Source: a virus (lineage: Duplodnaviria > Caudoviricetes). Taken from it: a stretch of DNA of 26,620 nucleotides. Made by a program: the position numbers and the translations under genes. The notes below the pieces were generated by a model. That model was not told the origin of the DNA. It did no database searches and worked only from the letters and a program-made list of their open reading frames with translations. The stretch is from the IMG/VR virus record IMGVR_UViG_3300020416_000059, positions 1 to 26,620 of that record. One strand, written 5' to 3'. Positions 1-6,566 of this stretch are shown here, piece after piece. Within the stretch, counting starts at the first letter, position 1; each line of letters begins with the position of its first letter.

Positions 1-13
1 ATGGGACATATCT

Positions 14-232
14 CTATAGGCGGTTAATGACTTGCGGATTGTCAGTGGGATTATCTTTCTTCCACTCTATCCATAGTGTATATAGATCATCTAATACTTG
101 AGAAGCGTATGATGAGGCATAATAATCAGCACAGGCATACATCCTAGGGTCTAAGAATGACTCGTGCCTTATCAATTGCTCAATTGCCCATGTACGTGTG
201 TCTTGCCTCTGTGTGCGAACCTTAGAGTCCAT
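14..232 (-). CDS. hypothetical phage protein (72 aa)
   Basis: ORF track; AGGAGA Shine-Dalgarno just upstream of ATG. Confidence 0.75.
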   Translation of the reverse strand: MDSKVRTQRQDTRTWAIEQLIRHESFLDPRMYACADYYASSYASQVLDDLYTLWIEWKKDNPTDNPQVINRL

Positions 233-460
233 TTTTCTCCTGTGGAAAATTTTTTAATACCTGTGGAAAACTTTATTCGAATAATATAGCAATCGCTCTG
301 GGGAACCTTTGTAGGTTAGGGTAGTGGCCGTTTTTATATATTAAGGGGCGTAAATTAACTGCCCTGAGTAACATTTAGCACTGTTCACAGTTGTTATAAC
401 TTAGTGCATGTAATCTGTAGCGAATTGTTGTTACATAGTGGAACCCCCTTTCATGTCTCT

Positions 461-490
461 ATTATACCTCGGATGCTGCTAGGTTGTCAA
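461..490 (-). promoter_or_regulatory. sigma70-type promoter
   Basis: minus strand TTGACA (485-490), 18 bp, TATAAT (461-466). Confidence 0.7.
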
Positions 491-680
491 CCCCTAGATT
501 ATCAGCAATTTCCCAATACCATCCGATGCTCTTCACATATTCAAACGGTGTTGTCCTCGGAGTGTTGGGAAACTGTTCACCCCTCTCAATGCGGATGCCA
601 TCAATATACCTCTCAAGATCGTAGATAGATTTAAACTGACCTCGGAGAATCTCGTTGTTATCGTAGATAGTGTAAAGCAT
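462..680 (-). CDS. hypothetical phage protein (72 aa)
   Basis: ORF track; directly downstream of the promoter at 729-757. Confidence 0.7.
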   Translation of the reverse strand: MLYTIYDNNEILRGQFKSIYDLERYIDGIRIERGEQFPNTPRTTPFEYVKSIGWYWEIADNLGVDNLAASEV

Positions 681-728
681 AGGATTGAGTTAGATTAGAG
701 TTTGTTTTTCTGAACCCTTACAAGGTTC

Positions 729-757
729 ATTGTACCAAATTTCGGAGTGTTTGTCAA
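729..757 (-). promoter_or_regulatory. sigma70-type promoter
   Basis: minus strand TTGACA (752-757), 17 bp, TACAAT (729-734). Confidence 0.75.
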
Positions 758-859
758 GTGTCTCGGAGATTGTTAAGAGGTGCTTGACAGTTCATAGGAA
801 ACGTGCTAAGGGTGCATCACCTGAACACATTTACCGAGAGATAAAACACACACCTAGAT

Positions 860-1120
860 TTATTTAATGTTTTCCACAATTTCCGCATACTCTGTGGAAA
901 ACCTATTATAGGGTTTTGTGGGGTCTGGAATTATGGTCTTCCAATAGTCAGGATTAACTACTACGTTAACTTGCCTGTATGGGTTGATTGAATGCTCCGC
1001 CTCTTCGGGTGGTTTGAGTGACTCAGCAATGCATACGGTCACATACTGGTCAGAAACAAAATTGATATAGGAAGATCTACCCTCGTAGATTACAAATTGA
1101 CCTCTTTCAAATCTGCTCAT
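860..1120 (-). CDS. hypothetical phage protein (86 aa, MSRFERGQ...)
   Basis: ORF track, start moved to ATG 1120 to avoid overlap with the upstream gene. Confidence 0.7.
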   Translation of the reverse strand: MSRFERGQFVIYEGRSSYINFVSDQYVTVCIAESLKPPEEAEHSINPYRQVNVVVNPDYWKTIIPDPTKPYNRFSTEYAEIVENIK

Positions 1121-1130
1121 GGGTAAAACT

Positions 1131-1277
1131 CTATTTAGAATTTGGTTGGCAGTAACTAGGATCAATTTTACAAATCTGATCTAGTTTTTCGTTTTGTATC
1201 TCTTTAAGTGAGTTGATGGCGTTTAGTCCTATCTGGGCACCTATAAAGATAACAAAGATCATTAAAATATATCTCAT
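1131..1277 (-). CDS. small single-TM membrane protein (48 aa, MRYILMIF...)
   Basis: hydrophobic N-terminus; TAATG stop/start coupling with the upstream gene at 1277. Confidence 0.65.
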   Translation of the reverse strand: MRYILMIFVIFIGAQIGLNAINSLKEIQNEKLDQICKIDPSYCQPNSK

Positions 1278-1609
1278 TACGCCCCCACTGTAACGCCGTT
1301 GAAAAATGGTTTTGCTGTACCTGTTCCGAACTGTGAAAGGAACCAAACCCAGTTTTTTTGAAATACTTTTGAACCGTAAGAGAACTCACTTAGTAAAGCA
1401 TTCAAACGTGATTTAGTTGTATTTGATTCCCAACCGCCGTTGAAAAGTTGTAACTGTCTTTCAGCATGGAAATATGTAGCAATGTGATTTCCATGTAGGT
1501 AGACGGTAGACTCAAGACCGTTATCAGAAGTGAATACAGTTGTATTAGAACCAGACCAGTTTGACTGAGTTCTGATTGCTTTGTTCATTTGAGTTTCAAT
1601 TTTACGCAT
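1277..1609 (-). CDS. hypothetical phage protein (110 aa; YLHGNHIA...GGWESNTTKSRLNALL)
   Basis: ORF track; first gene after a promoter cassette and ACTTCTCAC leader. Confidence 0.85.
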   Translation of the reverse strand: MRKIETQMNKAIRTQSNWSGSNTTVFTSDNGLESTVYLHGNHIATYFHAERQLQLFNGGWESNTTKSRLNALLSEFSYGSKVFQKNWVWFLSQFGTGTAKPFFNGVTVGA

Positions 1610-1612
1610 GAT

Positions 1613-1699
1613 GTGAGAAGTGTTTGTTTGTTATGTACTTATTATAATGGAAAATAGGGGCATGTATACCCCTTGTGTGACACTTAATCGAGTGGCACA
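1613..1699 (-). promoter_or_regulatory. early promoter cassette copy 1
   Basis: palindrome TGTGACAC-N8-GTGGCACA 1676-1699; GGGG/CCCC hairpin 1657-1672; TATAAT 1641-1646; leader ACTTCTCAC. Confidence 0.8.
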
Positions 1700-1911
1700 T
1701 CTGGAAGCACGAACTGTGCTGCATCGTGGTAAGCATCGTAAAATAGATCCCACGCCTCGGAGTCATCCACAAATGAATCAAGACCGATCTGATCCGCTAC
1801 CCAGTCATAAGACTCGTCTAGATCTGCATTTGTATCAGCAACAAATGATGGAAGTTGATTAATCGCTGAAATGAAATTTTGATGTGTAGCAAGTGAAGTT
1901 TTTTTAGTCAT
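1684..1911 (-). CDS. acidic hypothetical protein (75 aa)
   Basis: ORF track; ACTTCTCAC leader at 1915-1923. Confidence 0.8.
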   Translation of the reverse strand: MTKKTSLATHQNFISAINQLPSFVADTNADLDESYDWVADQIGLDSFVDDSEAWDLFYDAYHDAAQFVLPDVPLD

Positions 1912-1947
1912 TTTGTGAGAAGTGTTTGTTTGCTGTATAATGATAAT

Positions 1948-2130
1948 TTAGAGGCACAGATCTTCAAAGCGTCTCTGTGCTTCCTCTGCAATAATAGGAA
2001 GATAACCCAACTCAGAATTTTGATCTAATGCGTCAAGTTGATCTGAAGTTAGATTGTGCTCTTTTCTGTAGTCCTCCCATGCCTCATCGTAGCATGTTTC
2101 TAAGAGTGTTTCGTGATGTAGTGATGACAT
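1948..2130 (-). CDS. acidic hypothetical protein (60 aa, MSSLHHETLL...)
   Basis: start reassigned to ATG 2130 (AAGGAA upstream, downstream of TATAAT 2155-2160). Confidence 0.75.
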   Translation of the reverse strand: MSSLHHETLLETCYDEAWEDYRKEHNLTSDQLDALDQNSELGYLPIIAEEAQRRFEDLCL

Positions 2131-2154
2131 AATAATTTCCTTTCGTATATTAAT

Positions 2155-2213
2155 ATTATAGGGGCACAGAGCACCTAATGGGGATTTGATGTGACACTTA
2201 GTAAGGTGTCCCA
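2155..2213 (-). promoter_or_regulatory. early promoter cassette copy 2
   Basis: TGTGACAC-N8-GTGTCCCA 2190-2213; TATAAT 2155-2160. Confidence 0.75.
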
Positions 2214-2392
2214 TTACTGTGGACTCTCCAGTCATTTTTGTTTATCATCTTTCTGCAAGACTGACAACTCAAAGCAGACCATGAAAAATGCCTGACTCTC
2301 TCAACTGAATAACAAGAGGGGCACATTATAAACTTTCCCCAGTGTCCCGATCTTGTATATCTGTCAACTGGTTTTAAATCTGCAAATTTCAT
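2198..2392 (-). CDS. small putative zinc-ribbon protein (64 aa)
   Basis: CPSC and CQSC motifs; ATGA coupling to the upstream gene. Confidence 0.75.
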   Translation of the reverse strand: MKFADLKPVDRYTRSGHWGKFIMCPSCYSVERVRHFSWSALSCQSCRKMINKNDWRVHSNGTPY

Positions 2393-2637
2393 GCTCTTGC
2401 CTCCTCTAGTGTTTTTTGCTGAACTAGTGTTCTATGAACGTCAAACAACTTTGTGAGATCAACGCCCTCTAGATCCTCCCACTCGCTGACATAATCCCAC
2501 ATTTCCCAGTCAGTGCTTCCATCTTTGAAAGTGGGTGCAGAGCAAAACTCGTTTTCTTCATCTAACCAAAATGTGCGTCCAAAATGTAGAGATAGGACAG
2601 TTTCAAACATTTGGGTGAATAAGTTGGGTGTTGTCAT
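2389..2637 (-). CDS. hypothetical protein (82 aa, MTTPNLFTQ...)
   Basis: start set at 2637 because the ACTTCTCAC leader lies at 2647-2655; alternative start 2709. Confidence 0.75.
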   Translation of the reverse strand: MTTPNLFTQMFETVLSLHFGRTFWLDEENEFCSAPTFKDGSTDWEMWDYVSEWEDLEGVDLTKLFDVHRTLVQQKTLEEARA

Positions 2638-2725
2638 TTTTGTCTCGTGAGAAGTGAAAATTTTGTATAAGCAAGAAAGGTATCCCTCAGCGTTTGGTAA
2701 TGTGAGCATCCTTGCTTATGTTCTT

Positions 2726-2784
2726 ATTATAGGGCATATATGTGACCCTACAACTTCGAATGTGACAGTTTGTCTACTGTCCAT
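2726..2784 (-). promoter_or_regulatory. early promoter cassette copy 3
   Basis: TGTGACAG-N8-CTGTCCAT 2761-2784; TAGGG/CCCTA hairpin 2730-2750; TATAAT 2726-2731. Confidence 0.75.
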
Positions 2785-2935
2785 TAGTGTAGGATCCCAT
2801 GATGCAAGCACCATAGCGAACCTCGGCATATCCATACTCTTCGGATAAGTCAAGGCATAGACCCCAACAATCATCTAAATTAACAAAAGATGAATTTTCG
2901 TAGGGTGCGGATGGGCAGTGAACTGAATAACGCAT
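2774..2935 (-). CDS. small hypothetical protein (53 aa, MRYSVHCPSAPYENSSFVNLDDCWGLCLDLSEEYGYAEVRYG...)
   Basis: translated by hand (below ORF-track cutoff); fills the space between cassettes 4 and 3. Confidence 0.75.
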   Translation of the reverse strand: MRYSVHCPSAPYENSSFVNLDDCWGLCLDLSEEYGYAEVRYGACIMGSYTNGQ

Positions 2936-2970
2936 AATATAAAAATTGAGTAATGTTTGATTATGACTTT

Positions 2971-3030
2971 ATTATGGCATAGAATACGGCAAAAATCAAG
3001 CGACCCTGTACCACTTCTCACACTGGCACA
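2971..3030 (-). promoter_or_regulatory. early promoter cassette copy 4
   Basis: TGTACCAC-N8-CTGGCACA 3007-3030; TTGATT 2994-2999, 17 bp, CATAAT 2971-2976. Confidence 0.75.
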
Positions 3031-3059
3031 AGATCGCTTGACTTCTGTTTCAATTCAAC

Positions 3060-3173
3060 TTATAAATCAGTTCCTCCTGTTTCTACTACTTCCACGATGT
3101 CATCAAGCACTGATAACAATTCATTGCCATTGTTTGTAGAGTCTAGCAGGAACTCGGCAAAATTAGGTGACAT
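3060..3173 (-). CDS. acidic microprotein (37 aa, MSPNFAEFLLDSTNNGNELLSVLDDIVEVVETGGTDL)
   Basis: translated by hand; same strand as neighbours, fills gap. Confidence 0.6.
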   Translation of the reverse strand: MSPNFAEFLLDSTNNGNELLSVLDDIVEVVETGGTDL

Positions 3174-3199
3174 AATAATAAGAATAGAATTGAACGAAA

Positions 3200-3287
3200 A
3201 CTGGACTTACAAAAGTGCTTGTATGTTTCTCGGATTAACTTAGTAGGATAACCCCACAAATCCGCATAACCTACACTTAACGCCAGT
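3200..3287 (-). other. extended intergenic RNA hairpin
   Basis: nested stems 3200-3204/3283-3287, 3213-3217/3274-3278, 3231-3236/3259-3264, 3243-3247/3253-3257. Confidence 0.5.
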
Positions 3288-3302
3288 ATTTAAAACGCGG
3301 AG

Positions 3303-3536
3303 TTATTCCGCATCGGTGAGATCGGGCAAGAATGTAAATACATAATTTCCGTCCTCTGGGTCTGCACCATCAACACACCACTCAGAATAGACGCTAACCG
3401 CATCATCTGGTCTTCCATCGTTTACACAAGTATGCATAGCATCGTAAAGAGCATCACGCATTGTGTCAATCATATGCTGTTGATCGTCAAGCACATCATC
3501 GTGCTCAGTGAAAAGATCTAGAGTTGAATCGTGCAT
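3303..3536 (-). CDS. acidic hypothetical protein (77 aa, MHDSTLDLF...)
   Basis: ORF track with start moved to 3536 to avoid overlap. Confidence 0.7.
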   Translation of the reverse strand: MHDSTLDLFTEHDDVLDDQQHMIDTMRDALYDAMHTCVNDGRPDDAVSVYSEWCVDGADPEDGNYVFTFLPDLTDAE

Positions 3537-3565
3537 TGTAAAAAGTGCGGTTTGATAAAAAGGAT

Positions 3566-3724
3566 TTAAGACTGTGCGTAGTCCCACAATTCTATGAACT
3601 GATTGAACCACTTAGCATGATCGGGGTGATAGTCTTGCTCATCAGCACTAACAAAGGGAAGTTCATGCTTAGTGCAATAATCTTTGTATACTTCTTGTAA
3701 AAAGTCAATGTTGTCATAAGTCAT
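3566..3724 (-). CDS. hypothetical protein (52 aa, MTYDNIDFLQ...)
   Basis: ATG just downstream of the ACTTCTCAC leader 3731-3739. Confidence 0.75.
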   Translation of the reverse strand: MTYDNIDFLQEVYKDYCTKHELPFVSADEQDYHPDHAKWFNQFIELWDYAQS

Positions 3725-3730
3725 GGGATT

Positions 3731-3814
3731 GTGAGAAGTTCGTTTGTATGTACCTATTATAAGAGGTGTGAGATGTGTTTGGGGCATCTATGTGACAGTT
3801 TCTAAACTGTCCTC
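3731..3814 (-). promoter_or_regulatory. early promoter cassette copy 5
   Basis: TGTGACAG-N8-CTGTCCTC 3791-3814; TATAAT 3756-3761; leader ACTTCTCAC. Confidence 0.75.
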
Positions 3815-4036
3815 TAAAATGATGTCCCTTACTCGCTCTCTGTCTAGACTGTCACCATAACCCCATGTATAATTGTTGTCAGGATTGTTTGATGCTTTTA
3901 ACAGTCTATGTTTGTAGATGTAAAAAGCATCATAAATTTTCTGTTCTGTCAATCCCTCTATAGGATATAAAACATCGGGGTGACTAGGTAGGTAAAAAGA
4001 TGCAACATAGTCAACGAATTCTTTAAGACTGTTCAT
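3788..4036 (-). CDS. hypothetical protein (82 aa)
   Basis: ORF track; GGAGG SD; TAATG coupling. Confidence 0.8.
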   Translation of the reverse strand: MNSLKEFVDYVASFYLPSHPDVLYPIEGLTEQKIYDAFYIYKHRLLKASNNPDNNYTWGYGDSLDRERVRDIILEDSLETVT

Positions 4037-4167
4037 TACTTACCTCCATTGAATTGTTTGATTAAGTGATCTGTATGACGATCTTGTTTAGCGATGAGAT
4101 CATCACATTTTTTGATGAGATCTCTTAGATGTGCCACATCTTTGTTAAAGTCTTTAGTAGTATACAT
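4036..4167 (-). CDS. small helical protein (43 aa, MYTTKDFNKDVAHLRDLIKKCDDLIAKQ...)
   Basis: translated by hand; abuts both neighbours; GGAGG SD upstream. Confidence 0.7.
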   Translation of the reverse strand: MYTTKDFNKDVAHLRDLIKKCDDLIAKQDRHTDHLIKQFNGGK

Positions 4168-4386
4168 TTAAGCAACCTCCCTGATATATCCATTTTCAGA
4201 TACCATGAACTTATCAAGTGTTGGGATGTCTAATTCAGGATCATCAAAATCGATTTTAGCACATCCATCAACACCCCACTCTGCTAACTCTTGAACGAAT
4301 TCTGCCCAGTTAGCACATACACAAGCAACATTTTGAAAGTTTTCAACTTGTAGTATTCTGTTAATAATGATTTGAGTTTTGTCCAT
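4168..4386 (-). CDS. hypothetical protein (72 aa)
   Basis: ORF track; ATG immediately after ACTTCTCAC leader. Confidence 0.8.
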   Translation of the reverse strand: MDKTQIIINRILQVENFQNVACVCANWAEFVQELAEWGVDGCAKIDFDDPELDIPTLDKFMVSENGYIREVA

Positions 4387-4472
4387 GTGAGAAGTTTGTT
4401 TGTTATGTACTTATTATAACCACACATACACCCCAATGGTGCAATGAGTGGACACTTTGTCAAACTGGCACA
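4387..4472 (-). promoter_or_regulatory. early promoter cassette copy 6
   Basis: GTGGACAC-N9-CTGGCACA 4448-4472; TATAAT 4413-4418; leader nearly identical to copy 1. Confidence 0.75.
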
Positions 4473-4700
4473 TCAAAACGTGATAACTAGGTGATCTGAG
4501 TCAAGATGTTCAAGAGTGCTTTCATCTGTATAATCTGTCATAATGGCAGGTACAAAATCATCATCCTGAAGTGAATATAACGTGACTGTCTGGTCTAGAT
4601 GATCCTCGTCTAGTCTATTCAATGTGTCCCTTAAGTCACGATAACTCATAGTTAAATCTTTGAGTATTGACCATGGGATAACTGTCCAAGTTGCACTCAT
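4473..4700 (-). CDS. acidic hypothetical protein (75 aa)
   Basis: ORF track; GGAGGA SD upstream of 4700. Confidence 0.75.
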   Translation of the reverse strand: MSATWTVIPWSILKDLTMSYRDLRDTLNRLDEDHLDQTVTLYSLQDDDFVPAIMTDYTDESTLEHLDSDHLVITF

Positions 4701-4714
4701 TTTAAAATCCTCCG

Positions 4715-5959
4715 CTAAACGTATGCTAGAGGTGGGACACCCTCTATAAAGATGTATGACACAACAGACTGAAGTCTGTCTGCGATTCTCTTACCATACT
4801 TACCAGTCATAGGCACCACGATCTGACCATGCTTTTTACGATACAAGTTGAACTGACCAACAGGAATCTTGCCTGATTTCATGTCACTTGCATCTTGCTG
4901 ATGAATCCTGATAACTCTACCAATTGTTTGTGCCATTTCAATTGTAGGCAAGTTTCTAAGCATAATTGAATGAGTCAAACCAGGAACATTGATACCCTCT
5001 GATAGTATAGAATAGTGGAATATTACAAACTTCTTAGCATCATCTTTACCCCACTCTGTGAGAGTATTGAAGAACTCTTCTCTACCAACTTTTGTACCAT
5101 TGATAATAGCACCATGCTTAGATGTGATGTGCATGATGTTATAATCACGCTCAAATAACCATGACTGAATATCAGTTTGTGAGAGCATATTCCAGAGTAT
5201 TCTTGTTGTTGGAGCACTCACAATTACCTTTGGATTGTTGTCAGTAATGTTTGTAAGTATGTCCTTTAAGTTGTCAGAATCAACTTCATGTGCATTCTGT
5301 CTGGTACGCTCTCTGTCTGTCTCAAATGGTATAACTTTGGGATACAAGATAGAACCGCTATCAATCAACTCTTTAGCGTCAGTTTGCTCTAGTATGTTAC
5401 CATATACCTGAGCATTATTCATGCCTCTCTCTGCACTTACATTGTGCTTAGAACGTGAAATGCGTGGTGTAGCAGTAAAGAAAAATCTCTCAATACCACT
5501 GGCAGCAACTCTTTTGATCTGCTCAAAGAATGACTTACCAGTGCTATTGTGTGCTTCATCAAAATATATTCTGTCAATATTTACCATGCTATCTAATACT
5601 CTGTTGAGTGAATGATAGGTAGTAAAGATTAACTTATCATACTGTGGATTGATGCTGTTCCAGTGTGTCAACTCAATGCTTTTAGTTGTGCTGAAGTGAT
5701 GAGTTTCACCACTGTGAACGTGGGCAATCTTGCAATTTTTGATCTCTGATTCAAACTCGTTAGATAACTGATTAGCAAGCAATATGCGTGGTGCAACTAC
5801 AACAATAGTCTGAGGACTGCGTGGAGTTGTTGTTACCAACCTCTTGCAATCTGCAATCATAATATAAGTTTTACCACCACCAGTAGGCACGATGATTTGA
5901 CCTGACTTTTCTGTGGTCATCTTGTCGTATGCTCTTTGCTGATGTGGTCTCAAGTTCAT
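4715..5959 (-). CDS. superfamily 2 DExH helicase/ATPase (Res-subunit-like)
   Basis: Q motif LRPHQ, Walker A PTGGGKT, DEAH box, motif III TAT, motif V EGINVP, motif VI QTIGRVIR. Confidence 0.92.
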   Translation of the reverse strand: MNLRPHQQRAYDKMTTEKSGQIIVPTGGGKTYIMIADCKRLVTTTPRSPQTIVVVAPRILLANQLSNEFESEIKNCKIAHVHSGETHHFSTTKSIELTHWNSINPQYDKLIFTTYHSLNRVLDSMVNIDRIYFDEAHNSTGKSFFEQIKRVAASGIERFFFTATPRISRSKHNVSAERGMNNAQVYGNILEQTDAKELIDSGSILYPKVIPFETDRERTRQNAHEVDSDNLKDILTNITDNNPKVIVSAPTTRILWNMLSQTDIQSWLFERDYNIMHITSKHGAIINGTKVGREEFFNTLTEWGKDDAKKFVIFHYSILSEGINVPGLTHSIMLRNLPTIEMAQTIGRVIRIHQQDASDMKSGKIPVGQFNLYRKKHGQIVVPMTGKYGKRIADRLQSVVSYIFIEGVPPLAYV

Positions 5960-5981
5960 AAATCAATCTTTCAATACTATA

Positions 5982-6039
5982 AGTTTACATGAAAAAACCC
6001 CTAGTGTCAAGGGGTTTGGACAGTTCGATGACTGTCACA
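5982..6039 (-). promoter_or_regulatory. early promoter cassette copy 7 (terminator-like hairpin carrying the -35)
   Basis: TTGGACAG-N8-CTGTCACA 6016-6039; minus strand AAACCCCT-tgacact-AGGGGTTTTTT; TTGACA 6005-6010, 17 bp, TAAACT 5982-5987. Confidence 0.8.
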
Positions 6040-6229
6040 CAGTCACACCTGTCTCCTTTAGAAGTAGTTTAACAAATCCCTCCAGATATACTAGAGGTAA
6101 GATCACTAACTCAAGTCCATTCAACTCAGTTAGATTTCTTTTCTTTGTTTCCACCTTAATAACATCTTGCTTAGGTTTCGCAGTTGTTGTTTTGCGTGTC
6201 CTACGTTTGCGAGGTGTTGTTGTTGTCAA
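6035..6229 (-). CDS. small protein, basic N-terminus and hydrophobic C-terminus (64 aa, TTG start)
   Basis: ORF track; lies directly downstream of the structured RNA. Confidence 0.6.
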   Translation of the reverse strand: MTTTTPRKRRTRKTTTAKPKQDVIKVETKKRNLTELNGLELVILPLVYLEGFVKLLLKETGVTV

Positions 6230-6253
6230 TGTAGTAAATCAAAGTGAAAAGAA

Positions 6254-6502
6254 TGTTAGAGGGAAAGGGGCATCAACATAGGTTTCACCTATATGCCCAA
6301 ATTTACCTACTGGGAATCGCTTACACCTGAACCCCTACTAAACAGCAAGTAATCATATAAGGAGTGTACATTGGCAGATGTCTGACTTATGCTAACTTGT
6401 TTACCAAGTCTAATTAAAGTCTCAGGGATGCCAATGTATGCCGTATCCAAAATGATTGAACCCTTGCTGAGTTCGGGCAGTAGAACCTTTATCCCTCCAA
6501 CA
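6254..6502 (-). ncRNA. candidate ~250-nt structured non-coding RNA or long 5' leader
   Basis: at least 8 mutually compatible stems; 5' end coincides with the predicted start site of promoter 6508-6535. Confidence 0.7.
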
Positions 6503-6507
6503 ATATT

Positions 6508-6566
6508 ATTATACATCATTCAAAAGGTGTGTCAGTCCATTGTGTGCCACTTCTTCAACTGGTACA
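6508..6566 (-). promoter_or_regulatory. early promoter cassette copy 8 (within the MTase 3' end)
   Basis: TGTGCCAC-N8-CTGGTACA 6543-6566; CTGACA 6530-6535, 16 bp, TATAAT 6508-6513. Confidence 0.75.

Larger units (their letters stand above)
241..901. repeat. four perfect DnaA-box-like 9-mers TTTTCCACA
   Basis: TGTGGAAAA at 241-249, 262-270 and 893-901; TTTTCCACA at 870-878; match to TT(A/T)TNCACA consensus. Function inferred only. Confidence 0.55.

Noticed and set aside
4093-4123. GATGAGATC direct repeat
   Set aside because: Two copies only, explained by repeated DLI codons in ORF 4036-4167
4715-5959. Calling the helicase UvsW or a complete type III restriction subunit
   Set aside because: Only the SF2 core is evident, with no nuclease domain and no UvsW-type gene context
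6254-6502. Calling the RNA a retron msr-msd, 6S RNA, tmRNA, RNase P RNA or intron
   Set aside because: No reverse transcriptase in the window, no clear two-sided central bubble, no tRNA-like ends or catalytic core motifs, and no interrupted gene
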